This document shows, one piece after another, positions 11,345 to 21,624 of a stretch of 64,000 nucleotides of DNA. The notes under the pieces are model-generated. The model had not been told where the DNA came from, did no database searches, and saw only the letters and a list, made by a program, of their open reading frames with translations. Where the stretch lies: positions 337,280,001 through 337,344,000 of the forward strand of contig OZ024741.1 in NCBI GenBank assembly GCA_964016885.1. Direction: 5' to 3'. Every line of letters begins with the position of its first letter. Position 1 is the first letter of the stretch. This DNA is from Eledone cirrhosa. Taxonomy: Eukaryota. Position numbers and translations under genes: made by a program.

Positions 11345-12333
11345 ATGCCCTTCCGAACACCAACCTCATTTAGAGTGAGTGCTGGGTGCTTTGTTTCCAT
11401 GGCGCCTACACACCCACTTTACAGTTAGTGCTGGGTGCCTTTTTTTTATGGCGCCTACGCGTCCACTTTACAGTGTGGGCTGGGTGCTTTTTTGCCGTGG
11501 CACCCCCATGACCACTTTGCAGTGGGAGGGTGAGGGGGCATATTGTCTATATGCTTCAGCTTCAGCTTGTACCCGTGGTGGGTCGGGTCTTCTGTATTAC
11601 TGCGTGACGCCAGAGGTCACGGTCATGTGTCATCGCCCTTGAGAGGTGTAATTGGGTAAGGTCGACTTTTATCACCTCATCCCAGGTCTTCTTAGGTTTC
11701 CCCACTCCGCGGTTTCCATCGACTTCTAGTGCTCTGAACCTTTTTATGCAGCTGTCATCCTTCATACCAATCACATGTCCATACCAACGTAACCTTCTCT
11801 CCTGCACTCAGTATTTCATTCCTCTTATGCTCAGTCTCTCTCACAATTTGTTTATGCTTTGCCGTTCACATATATTACTATTACACATCCATCGGAGCAT
11901 GCAGGTTTCATTTCTTTCTAATCTAGGTAAGTCTTCCACAGACAGCGCCCAGGTCTCACTGCCATGTAACATTGCTGTTCGTATACACGCATCATACAGT
12001 CTGCCTTTCATTTTGAGGGAAAAGCCTTTTGCAGCTAGCAGTGGCAGAAGCTCCCTGAACTTCCTCCATCCCGTTCTTACCCTAGTTATTGTACTTTCCG
12101 AACATCCACCTCCACTGCTAATTCGGTCACCTAGGTAGCAGAAGCTGTCTACTGTTTCTACAGAGTCCTCCCAGTGTTTGGTGGTACTTGTTTCTTGTGG
12201 CTGTTTGCTGCTTGCTGTCCCAGCACAGCTGCTACTAGTGAAGCCTACATTCTTAGTTAAGCTTCCTGAGATCCCACTACATCTCTTGTGTACCCATTGT
12301 TTGCATTTGGGACAGAGAAGAATAGAGTTCCTA

Positions 12334-12336
<3 letters not shown>
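11341..12336 (-). mobile_element. RTE LINE, 5'-truncated copy, inverted relative to neighbour
   Basis: Reverse complement of about 14621-15559. ORFs 11841-12401 and 11562-11807 give VDSFCYLG...MLHGSETW...RRLRWYGHV. Confidence 0.92.
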
Positions 12337-12364
<28 letters not shown>

Positions 12365-12367
<3 letters not shown>

Positions 12368-15300
12368 CAAAACTCCGAGTTGGTACCATCAATGTAAGCA
12401 CAATGAAAGGAAGTGCAGGAGAAATCGTAGAGATGCTAGGGCAAAAGGAAATTGATGTATGCTGTGTGCAAGAGACTAGATGGAGAGGAGAGTCTGCTAG
12501 AGTCCTTGTAGGAAAAAGTCAGTGCTACAAATTTTTCTGGGTGGGAAATGACGATGGGATGGGTGGTGTAGGTATACTACTAGCTGACAAGTGGGTAGAT
12601 AAAGTAATCACAGTGTACAGGGTAAATGCAAGAATCATTAAACTCAGACTAGTCCTGAATAAAACAATTACCACAATAATATCAGCTTACGCACCCCAAT
12701 CGGGGTTGCCAGACAAACTTAAGGATAGGTTTTATGAGTCCCTAATGTACACTACTGCTCTAACAAATGACAATGACTTCCTAATCATCGCAGGAGATTT
12801 AACGGACACGTAGGTAAACACTGTGACGGCTTCAATAGAGTCCATGGAGGTCGTGGGCTTGGCACAAGAAATGAAGAAGGATTCAGACTTCTAGAATTCT
12901 GCGATGCCAATGACATGTCGATATGTAACACAAACTTCAAAAAACCCGACAACCACCTGATCACCTATAGAGCAGGGGAGCATTCTAGTCAGATAGATTT
13001 TATCCTCATCAGAGGACGTGACAGATGGACGGTCGTAAACACAAAAGCCTTCCCTAGTGAGGAATGTACCTCCCAACATAGCTTAGTTGTCAGCGACCTC
13101 ACGGTCAGAACTAGATGAACCTGGAAACAGAGGCCAACCTGGAGAAGAAACATCTGGAAGCTGAAAGACCCCTCTGCCAGTAACAGATTTAAAGATATTT
13201 TACTCAACGCCTACAACAGTAAAGAAGAACAGATAGAGACATTCAATGTAGAACAGCACTGGGAGTTCCTAAAAAATAACTTACTAGAGGCAACGGGTGA
13301 GATCTATGGCTGGAGTAAGACCACAAGCAGGAGGAGAGTGACTTGGTGGTGGAACAATAAGGTAGATGAGGCAGTTAAGGCCAAGAGACAGGCAAGGAAA
13401 GAATGGAAGAACGGGGGAAGCAGGGTACATTACATAGAGACCAAGAGGGAAGCTAGGCGACAAGTATACTTAGCTAGGAGGAAAGCAGAGGATAGAAAAT
13501 TCAAGCATGTTTTGCAACGTGAGGACCAGAAACAGGAGGTCTTCAAGATTGCGAGGCAGTGTGTCAGAGAGAATTGTGATGTCATTGGAGAGAAGTGTAT
13601 CCGGAATGATAAAGGGGAGCTTGCCCTCACAAGTGCTGAGAAGAAAGATGCATGCAAGAGCCATTATGATAGATTACTAAATGAGGAGAATGCATGGGAA
13701 GAAGAGACCCTACCCCAAGTAGACCCTATAGAGGGGCCAGCAGTACAAGTCAGCAGCAGCGTAGTAAGTAAGGCAATCAAAGATATGAAGATGGGGAAGG
13801 CAACCGGTCCATCGGGTATAGCTGCCGAGATGCTGAAGGCATCTGGGTCTGTAGGTCACATTATAACCACACGTATTGTTAACTAGGTAATACTAGAAGG
13901 TGTCATACCAAAAGATTGGTGCAGTAGCATCATTGTCAACTGCTACAAAGGTAAGGTGATGCACTAGATAGAGGAAACTATAGAGGTATAAAGCTGATGG
14001 ACCAGGTCATGAAAGTAACAGAAAGAGTTATAGCACAGTTGATTATGGACCGGCTGAAACTAGATAATTTGGGTTTGTACCAGGAAGAGGCACCACTGAT
14101 GCCCTCTTCCTTGTGAGGCAGTTATAGGAAATGTACCTAGCTAAAAGTAAGCCACTCATCGATCTCGAGAAAGCCTTTGACAGAGTTCCACATGCTATAA
14201 TCTGGTGGGCTCTTAGATAACTAGGAGTAGTTGAATGGCTTGTGAAGGCTGTACAAGCCATGTATAGGGGCGCAGTCAGCAAAGTTAGGATTAGCAATGA
14301 GTATAGCGAGGAATTTAGCGTACAGGTTGGTGTCCACCAGGGCTCTGTTCTTAGCCCTCTCCTGTTCATTATAGTCCTGCAAGCAATAACGAAGGAATTT
14401 AAGACCGGATGCTCATGGGAACTCCTGTATGCAGATGACCTCACACTTATAGCTGAATCTATGGTAGAACTAGAGAAGAAATTCCAAACTTGGAAGCAGG
14501 GACTAGAAAGAAAGGGTCTCAAAGTCAACATGACAAAGACTAAGATCCTTGTAAGTAGACGAGAAAACAGAACCCAGATCCCCTCAGGGAAATGGCCTTG
14601 CTCAGTATGTAGGAAAGGTGTAGGTAGGAACTCCATTCTCAGCCCCAAATGCAAACAATGGGTACACAAGAGATGTAGCGGGATCTCAGGAAGCTTAATT
14701 AAGAATGTAGGCTTCACATGTAGCAGCTGTGCTGGGACAGCAAGCAGCAAACAGCCACAGGAAACAAATACCACCAATCTCTGGGAGGACTCTGTAGAAA
14801 CAGTAGACAGCTTCTGCTACCTAGGTGACCGAATTAGCAGCAGAGGTGGGTGTTCAGAAAGTACAATAACTAGGGTAAGAACGGGTATGGAAGAAGTTCA
14901 GGGAACTACTGCCACTGCTAGCTGCAAAAGGCTTCTCTCTCAAAATGAAAGGCAGACTGTATGATGCGTGTATCCGAACAGCAATGTTACATGGTAGTGA
15001 GACCTGGGCGCTGAAGGTGGAAGACTTACGTAGATTAGAAAGAAACGAAGCCTGCATGCTCCGATGGATGTGTAATAGTAATATACACGAACGGCAAAGC
15101 ATAAATGAATTGAGAGAGAGACTGAGCATAAGAGAAATCAAATGCCGTGTGCAGGAGAGGCGGTTGCGTTGGTATGGACATGTGATGCGTATGAAGGATG
15201 ACAGCTGCATAAAAAGGTGCAGAGCACTAGATGTCAATGGAAACCACAGAGTGGGGAGACCCAAGAAGACCTGGGACGAGGTGATAAAAGCCGACCTTAC

Positions 15301-15699
15301 CCAATTACACCTCTCAAAGGCGATGACACACAACCGTGACCTCTGGCGTCACACAGTAATACAGAGTACCCGACCTCCCATGGGTACAAGCTGAAGCATA
15401 TAGACAATATGCCTCCACACCCTCCCACTGCAAAGTGATCGTGGAGGTGCCACGGCAAAAAAGCACCCAGCCCACACTGTAAAGTGGACGTGTAGGCGCC
15501 ACGGAAAAAAGCACCCAGCACTCACTGTAAATGAGGTTGGTGTTAGGAAGGGCATCCAGCTGTAGAAATCAAGCCAAAATCAGTTCCTGTATGAGCAAGA
15601 CATGATCAGCCGACCAGACACTGCCCACAACAGGACAACCGGTCTAACCCATGCTAGCATGGAAGAACGGACGTAAAACGGTGATGATGATAATGACGA

Positions 15700-15703
<4 letters not shown>
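12365..15703 (+). mobile_element. Near full-length RTE-clade LINE (APE endonuclease + RT + PHD-like finger), pseudogenised
   Basis: APE motifs LRVGTINVSTM, CVQETRW, SAYAPQ, AGD, SQIDFIL; RT motifs DLEKAFD, GVHQGSVLSPLLF, LLYADD; several stops and frameshifts; 3' UTR with (GAT)n tail; (TA)n on both flanks. Confidence 0.95.

Positions 15704-15770
<67 letters not shown>
15702..15770. repeat. (TA)n microsatellite
   Basis: Direct reading. Other TA tracts lie at ~2335-2378, 10370-10406, 12337-12364, 16190-16300, 17449-17540, 25872-25924 and 28710-28775. Confidence 0.95.
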
Positions 15771-15775
<5 letters not shown>

Positions 15776-15828
15776 TGATGAGCAGAACAAACTCAATGAG
15801 ATATTTACCTCATTTTTATATATATATA

Positions 15829-16190
15829 TATATCAATGTATATATAGTGTATTTTGCAAGCACCAATTCTAATTTTCAATTTCTGCTGGAGCAGCGACCG
15901 ATCTGTATAATCAGTTCCTGATTATTACTGGAATTCTATAAGAATCCAACACACATAATTTTCAGCAAAGAGGAGTAGTGAGCTTTGATAAGTACCAAAA
16001 AGTACGAAACAGAGCTCTGTCAGTTTATCTCCCCTGTTTGCTGAAAATTGAAATAAGTGACATTGTCACTATTTTAAAGCAATAGCTTATGGTCTTCAAA
16101 ATGCTTTTAATTAAGCAGACGGTGTGTTTCAAAATACACTATATATACATTCATATAGATATCGGTATTTCAGAGCACCAATTCTAATTT
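15829..16190 (+). mobile_element. Penelope-like pLTR relic
   Basis: Contains a hammerhead-shaped fold, a direct repeat AGCACCAATTCTAATTTT (15859, 16173) and an inverted repeat (~15830-15857 / 16130-16157), all embedded in (TA)n. Confidence 0.5.
15957..16049 (+). ncRNA. Degenerate type I hammerhead ribozyme
   Basis: Core TTGATAA (15985-15991, two changes from CTGATGA), stem II GTAC/GTAC, GAAAC at 16006, palindromic stem III ACAGAGCTCTGT, GUC site, long stem I closed by AATTTTCAGCAAA/TTTGCTGAAAATT. Confidence 0.65.
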
Positions 16191-16224
16191 TATATATATA
16201 TATGTATGAATATATATATATATT

Positions 16225-16290
<66 letters not shown>

Positions 16291-16342
16291 TAGATATATA
16301 TAAAAATGGTAAAAATGGTAAAAATGGTAAAAATGGTAAAAA

Positions 16343-17005
16343 ATGGTAAATAATGACACAAATGGGATCTGCCCCTTGTATAGGAGCAAATTTTGGAATA
16401 GAATAGAAAGAACTAGGAATAAGGCTAATAGAATAAACTCATGGTATGATAGCAATAAATACCAGAGTGTAATGTTCATCGATACAACCCCTAGAGGTGA
16501 ATTAGTTTACAAATTTAGAAGGGCCCTAGATAAACATAAACTCAATATTAAGATAGTAGAAAGACCAGGTACCTCCGTAAAAACACTTATTAGCAAGACA
16601 TACCCTTTTCAAAGACCCCCCTGTATAGATAAGAAATGTATAACCTGTAAAATAAGCCCCCATATTAACTGTAAAACTAGAAATGTAGTGTATAGCTTAA
16701 GATGTACTGAAGGACAATGTAGAGACAAAAATATAGTGTACATAGGTGAGACAGCCCGTAGTGTAGGGGAACGGATAAATGAACACTGGCGAGACCTTCA
16801 AGATAGTAAAGAATCATCTGTACTCTACCAACATGCTAAAATAGAACATAAGGGTAAATTAGAGAACATAGAAATAAAAATAGAATCTACACACAGAAAA
16901 GACGCAATGTTTAGACAAATCACAGAGGCAATAAACATAAAAGAATTACAACCAAAATTAAATAGAAAATATGAGTGGAACAGCAACATCACAACTTACA
17001 ATTAA
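16343..17005 (+). pseudogene. Penelope-like element C-terminal ORF fragment with GIY-YIG endonuclease
   Basis: C..C...CKTRNVVYSLRC...C...VYIGETARSVGERINEH...H...H...RQITEAINI...PKLNRKYEW. The frame is open for 220 codons but 5'-truncated, with no RT. Confidence 0.9.
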
Positions 17006-17206
17006 GGACAAAATGAAAACACACACACACATAGAACAAACAACCAACCGGTAACATGTAAATAAACAAATAAATAAACAAATATAAACACACACAGACA
17101 CCCTGATGTGGCGCATGCACAGACTGAGCACACAACACACACACAGAAACAAAATGGCGTAGGACAGAACAAAGGAGAGGCACAAAAACAAAGAAAAGAA
17201 TCCCCA

Positions 17207-17249
17207 GTCACTGATGAGGTCACAGAATGTGTGACGAAAGAACTTTGAC
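17207..17249 (+). ncRNA. Minimal type I hammerhead ribozyme
   Basis: Stem I GTCA/TGAC, CTGATGA at 17211-17217, stem II GTCACA-GAATG-TGTGAC, GAAA at 17236-17239, vestigial stem III AG-AA-CT, and CUU as the NUH site. Confidence 0.7.
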
Positions 17250-17444
17250 AATATATAAACAACTATCTGGTTGTGGAACCAACCAACCAGCCAGAAATTT
17301 ATAAATTTATAAATTCCTAAATTTATAAATTTATTATAATAAATTGAAGTGAAAGCAACTGGTGCGTGTGTTTCTTATTGGCAACATGACCCTCCCAAAG
17401 TATAACGATTTCAGATAAAGAATCTTGCTAAACAAATTCAGAAA

Positions 17445-17509
<65 letters not shown>

Positions 17510-17544
17510 CATATATATATACATGCATATATATATATATCACT

Positions 17545-17625
17545 GTACCATCTTGTGCAGTCTTTATTGTTCTAATGTGAGCCCTTTGTGGCTAATAAAG
17601 AAATCATTATTATTATTATTATTAT
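17545..17625 (+). mobile_element. Extreme 3' tail of the L1/Tx1-like family at 18580-19315
   Basis: GCCCTTTGTGGCTAATAAAGAAATC(ATT)n matches the reverse complement of 18578-18612. Confidence 0.6.
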
Positions 17626-17810
17626 CCTTAAGGGGTCGATAAAATAAAGTACCAGTAATACACTGAGATAATTGTGTCAAAAGTAGAAACAATTATTATT
17701 ATTATTATCATCATCATCATCACATGCTCTATATTTTCTCCCTCTCTTATTACTCACCTATCTCTTCTACTAAAACAATCTCTCTCTCTCGCTCTCTCTC
17801 TCCCTCTCTC

Positions 17811-17845
<35 letters not shown>

Positions 17846-18199
17846 CTGTCTCTCTGCAGGCTATATACTACCAAACCCCCTGCCCCCACATAAGGTCACA
17901 CCATGAACTTGTCACTTCTGCTTCCATTACTTTATGGATCATATCATGCAGTGAACAAATATCTCTTCCCCACCCAATCTTTCTGCTACTTCTCCAGTTC
18001 TACCCCCCCCCCCCCACTGCAACTCCTGTTTTGAGTAAGCTAATGAGGGAAACTCTACGTGAACACTCAACCTGATAAAAATAGCAGCTAAATGTAATTC
18101 AAATTATAATAATTGCAAAGGAACATTAGATAATATAATTCTAGATAACCTAAAAAATTTGGGATAATTATGGTTTGAAATAGGGCTGCTTATTTACAG

Positions 18200-18420
18200 T
18201 CTACACTGTAAAGTGGTTGTGTAGGTGTCATGATAAAAATCACCCAAAACACAAGGTAGATGTGGTTAGTGTTAGAAAGGGCATCCAGCTGTAGAAACCA
18301 AGCTAGAAACAATTCTGTATAAGCAAGACACAGACATCTGATCTGACTTGTCTCACAATGGGACAACTCGTCTAACCTATGCTACCCCAGCATGAGGGGG
18401 GTGATGATGATGATGATGAT
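18200..18420 (+). mobile_element. RTE/SINE shared 3' tail
   Basis: GTTAGAAAGGGCATCCAGCTGTAGAAACC...GGACAAC..GTCTAACC.ATGCTA, homologous to 15540-15660. Confidence 0.7.
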
Positions 18421-18590
18421 GGTGGTGGTGTTGATGGTGGTGGTGGTGATAATGGTAATGATGGTGATGGTGGTGGTGGTGATAATTGTAATGATGGTGA
18501 TAGTGGTGGTGGTGGTGGTGGTGATAATGGTGAAAGCATTGGTCGAGGTGGTGGTGAAAATAATAATAATGATGAAAATAATAATAATGA
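18400..18590. repeat. Mixed (GGT/GAT/AAT)n microsatellite
   Basis: Direct reading. Confidence 0.9.
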
Positions 18591-19315
18591 TTTCTTTATT
18601 AGCCACTAGGGCCTACATATAGGGGACAATACAAAAACACAGGGACAGTGGGGTTTTATAATAAAATCAAGTAAAAACAAATTAACAAAAATAATTAACA
18701 ATAAAAATTACAACAATAAAATTCACCAAGAGTGGCGAGAACTACCCAGGGGCAACTCAGGTACCCCACCAATTCTGAACCACCCAATGCTTTGAGGGCA
18801 CCCAGAAAGGGTACCTCTCTCCTCCTGAAATTAACCAGCCTACAAGCGCATACTCAGAGTAGGCCCATTTACACAGGCCGTTCTCGCCACATTCACCCAT
18901 CTTTTAGCAAACATACTTGGGGCCAGCACTTCTCTCTCCACCCTCACCTCTCTTTGCAAGTAAAACTTGACGAAGTTGATGAGGGATTGGCTGAAGAGAA
19001 AAGTGTCTGTCTTCAATCCTTTTAACGTGGTCCACCACACAACCTCTTTCACTACCACCACCAGACAGAGGAAAACTGCCTGCCCTTCCTGGCCAAAAGA
19101 AGGTGGCGGGGCAATCTTCACTATGGACTTGGTCAATCGTCGAATATCTCCTTCATGTGACAACAGCCATTCAACATAACTCCTCAAGTCAGTAAAGCAC
19201 AGAGACTGGACGAGTGCGTGCTAAATGCTTTTGTTGCTCTGCACTATCTCAGGCAGGTCTGTCTGACAGCACTTCTGTGCCTGTAAAATTTATCTCCAAC
19301 CAGCAGTGCCTCCAC
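18578..19315 (-). mobile_element. 3' end of L1/Tx1-clade LINE
   Basis: The minus strand gives EALLVGDKFYRH...TCLR...HALVQ (decayed C-terminal CCHC region), then ORF 18840-19187 (KEVVWW...AKRW), a 3' UTR, AATAAA and an (ATT)n tail. Confidence 0.6.
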
Positions 19316-19559
19316 CCCCACCACAAATCCTTAAACTTGCACAATCAGTCTGTAAGATTTTCATTAAGTTTTCATTAAGCCTGTCTTCAATATAAATTTA
19401 ATACATCAAATGATTAGACCGAGCATCTTAGCATAAATTCTCATTAAGTTATTCACTAATATTGCTGTCAGCCATTGACCACTCTCTATCAGATGACTAG
19501 CCCAAACTCTTCAGTCTCCACTCTCGCCTCTTCCTTACTTTATTTTCATATACAGTTTC

Positions 19560-19975
19560 TTTAACGCTTTCATTACTATATTTCTAATGAAAGACACTAC
19601 ATATGTCATTAACCCTTTCATTACGGCATTTCTAATGAAATATATTGCCAATGTCATTAACCCTTTCAATATCATATTTCTAATGAAATACACTGCCTAT
19701 GTCATTTACTCTTTCATTACTATATTTCATATAAAAGACACTACATATGTTGTTTGACTCTTTCATTTCCATATTTCTAATGAAAGACTGCCTATGTCAT
19801 TAACTTTTTCATTACCATATTTCTAATGAAATATACTGCCTATGTCTTTAACTCTTCCATTGCTATATTTCTAATGAAATACACTGCATATGCCATTAAC
19901 CCTTTCATTACCATATTTCTAATGAAATACACTGCCTATGTCATTAACCCTTTCTTTACCATATTTCTAATTAAC
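19560..19975. repeat. 48-bp minisatellite, ~9 copies
   Basis: Unit CATTAACCCTTTCATTACCATATTTCTAATGAAATACACTGCCTATGT; period 48 measured from 19894 to 19942. Confidence 0.9.
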
Positions 19976-20499
19976 CCATGCTAGCATAGAAGATGGACGT
20001 TAAACGGTAATGGTGATGATGATGATGATGCCTATGTGTTTCTATTAATTTTGAAAATAAGTAAAAAAAGAAATTTGTCAGAATTCAACAAAATAAAGAT
20101 GTTCTTTAGCAAGTTGATATTTAGAACATTACTTAGACAGATTTCTAAAATATAGTTACGATGGAAGGTATTAATGTAAGAAAAATTTTTTGTTTTAATT
20201 AGTTGTTATATATCATAAATCCAGGAATCCAAGGAATCCAGGAATCCAAGATAGTTTCAGGAGGTTGGTATCAAAGGTGCAAATATTGAAGAGAGTTACC
20301 ACATAGTTCAACCATTTGCTGTTACTGAATAGAACAGAACAGCCTGCTACTGAAATTAATGTGCAAGTGGCTGAGCATTCTACTGACACATGTAGCCTTA
20401 ACTCTTAATGCCCTGTACCACATGAAACTGCTTCACCAAAACACTCATGAAAAGTACAAAACAGCATCATGACTGCATCAAATTAAAGCCTTTAGTTTA

Positions 20500-21320
20500 T
20501 TGTAAATTTTCTTAACGATCTCTCCACTAATAAATATACTATAAATACTTGAATTAACAAGCCCATTTTTTGATGTTTTCTACTAAATAATTACAAGATA
20601 TTATGTGATAATACTGTACATTTTTACAATGATCTGTCTACCTATTTAGATACTACACTTTATTAGAATTTACAAACTCATTTTTAGATGTTTTCTGCTA
20701 AATCATTACAGGATATTAAATGGTAGTATTGTAAGTTTTCACCACAATCTGAACACCAGTAAATATACTATAAACATTTGAATTAACAAACTCATTTTTA
20801 GATATTTTCTGTTAAGTGATAATGCTGAAAATTTTCACAACAATCTGTCCACTAGTAAAGATACTATAAATATTTTAATTAATAAAACCAATTTTTAGAT
20901 ATTTTCTTTAAATTTTCACAATGATGAGTCCACCAGTGAAGATACTATAAACATTTGAATTAATAAACCTATTTTTAGATAATACTGTAAATTTCACCAC
21001 AATCTGTTCACCAGTAAGGATACTATAAATATTTGAATTATCAACCCCATTTTTGGATGTTTTCTGCTAAATCATTGCAGGATATTAAATGATAATATTG
21101 TAAGTTTCTACAAAGATCTGTCCAATAGTAAAAATACTATAAATATTTTAATTAATAACTCGTTTAGAGATATTTTTTGCTGAATCATTACAGGATATTA
21201 AGTGATAATACTGTAAATTTTCACAATGATCTGTCCACCAGTAAAGATATTATAAATATTTAAATTAATAAACTCATTTTTAGGTATTTTCTGCTGAATC
21301 ATTATAAGATGTTAAGAGTT
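20500..21320. repeat. Degenerate ~114-bp tandem repeat, ~8 copies
   Basis: The ATACTATAAA-like anchor falls at about 20536, 20650, 20765, 20861, 20942, 21020, 21134 and 21247; the middle copies are internally deleted. Confidence 0.85.
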
Positions 21321-21349
21321 GATGTAGTGAGAGTCAGCACAACTCAATG

Positions 21350-21515
21350 TGCAATATGGCTGGTACTTTTAATCAGAAGTACAACTAATGTTTTTCCAGC
21401 TGAGTAGACCAAAGAAACACAAATTTATGTTTTGCTCAAGGATACAACACATCACTGGTAATTGAACTAACAACCTCGTGGTTACCAAATTAAACACCTA
21501 ACTATTAAGCCATAC
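21350..21515 (-). mobile_element. Degenerate tRNA-derived SINE
   Basis: Similar to 7390-7490 (CAGCTGAGTA...TTTTGCTCAAGGATACAACAC...GAACT). The reverse complement starts with A-box-like TGGCTTAATAGTTAG. Confidence 0.5.
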
Positions 21516-21624
21516 ATTTCCACTACTTACTGTTATATTTGTCACAGGAGGTGTAAATTGCTGGAATAGAAGGTTTTAATATCATCAATGTAATTAATTA
21601 ATTAATTATTGAACATAATGGCAA

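Larger units (their letters stand above)
16302..17340 (+). mobile_element. 5'-truncated Penelope-like retroelement
   Basis: GIY-YIG ORF, A/C-rich 3' UTR and hammerhead motif at 17207-17249, preceded by (TA)n. Confidence 0.85.

Noticed and set aside
17101-17125. Additional hammerhead at CCCTGATGTGGCGC
   Set aside because: CTGATGT lacks the conserved A9, and no stem II-GAAA follows at a suitable distance.
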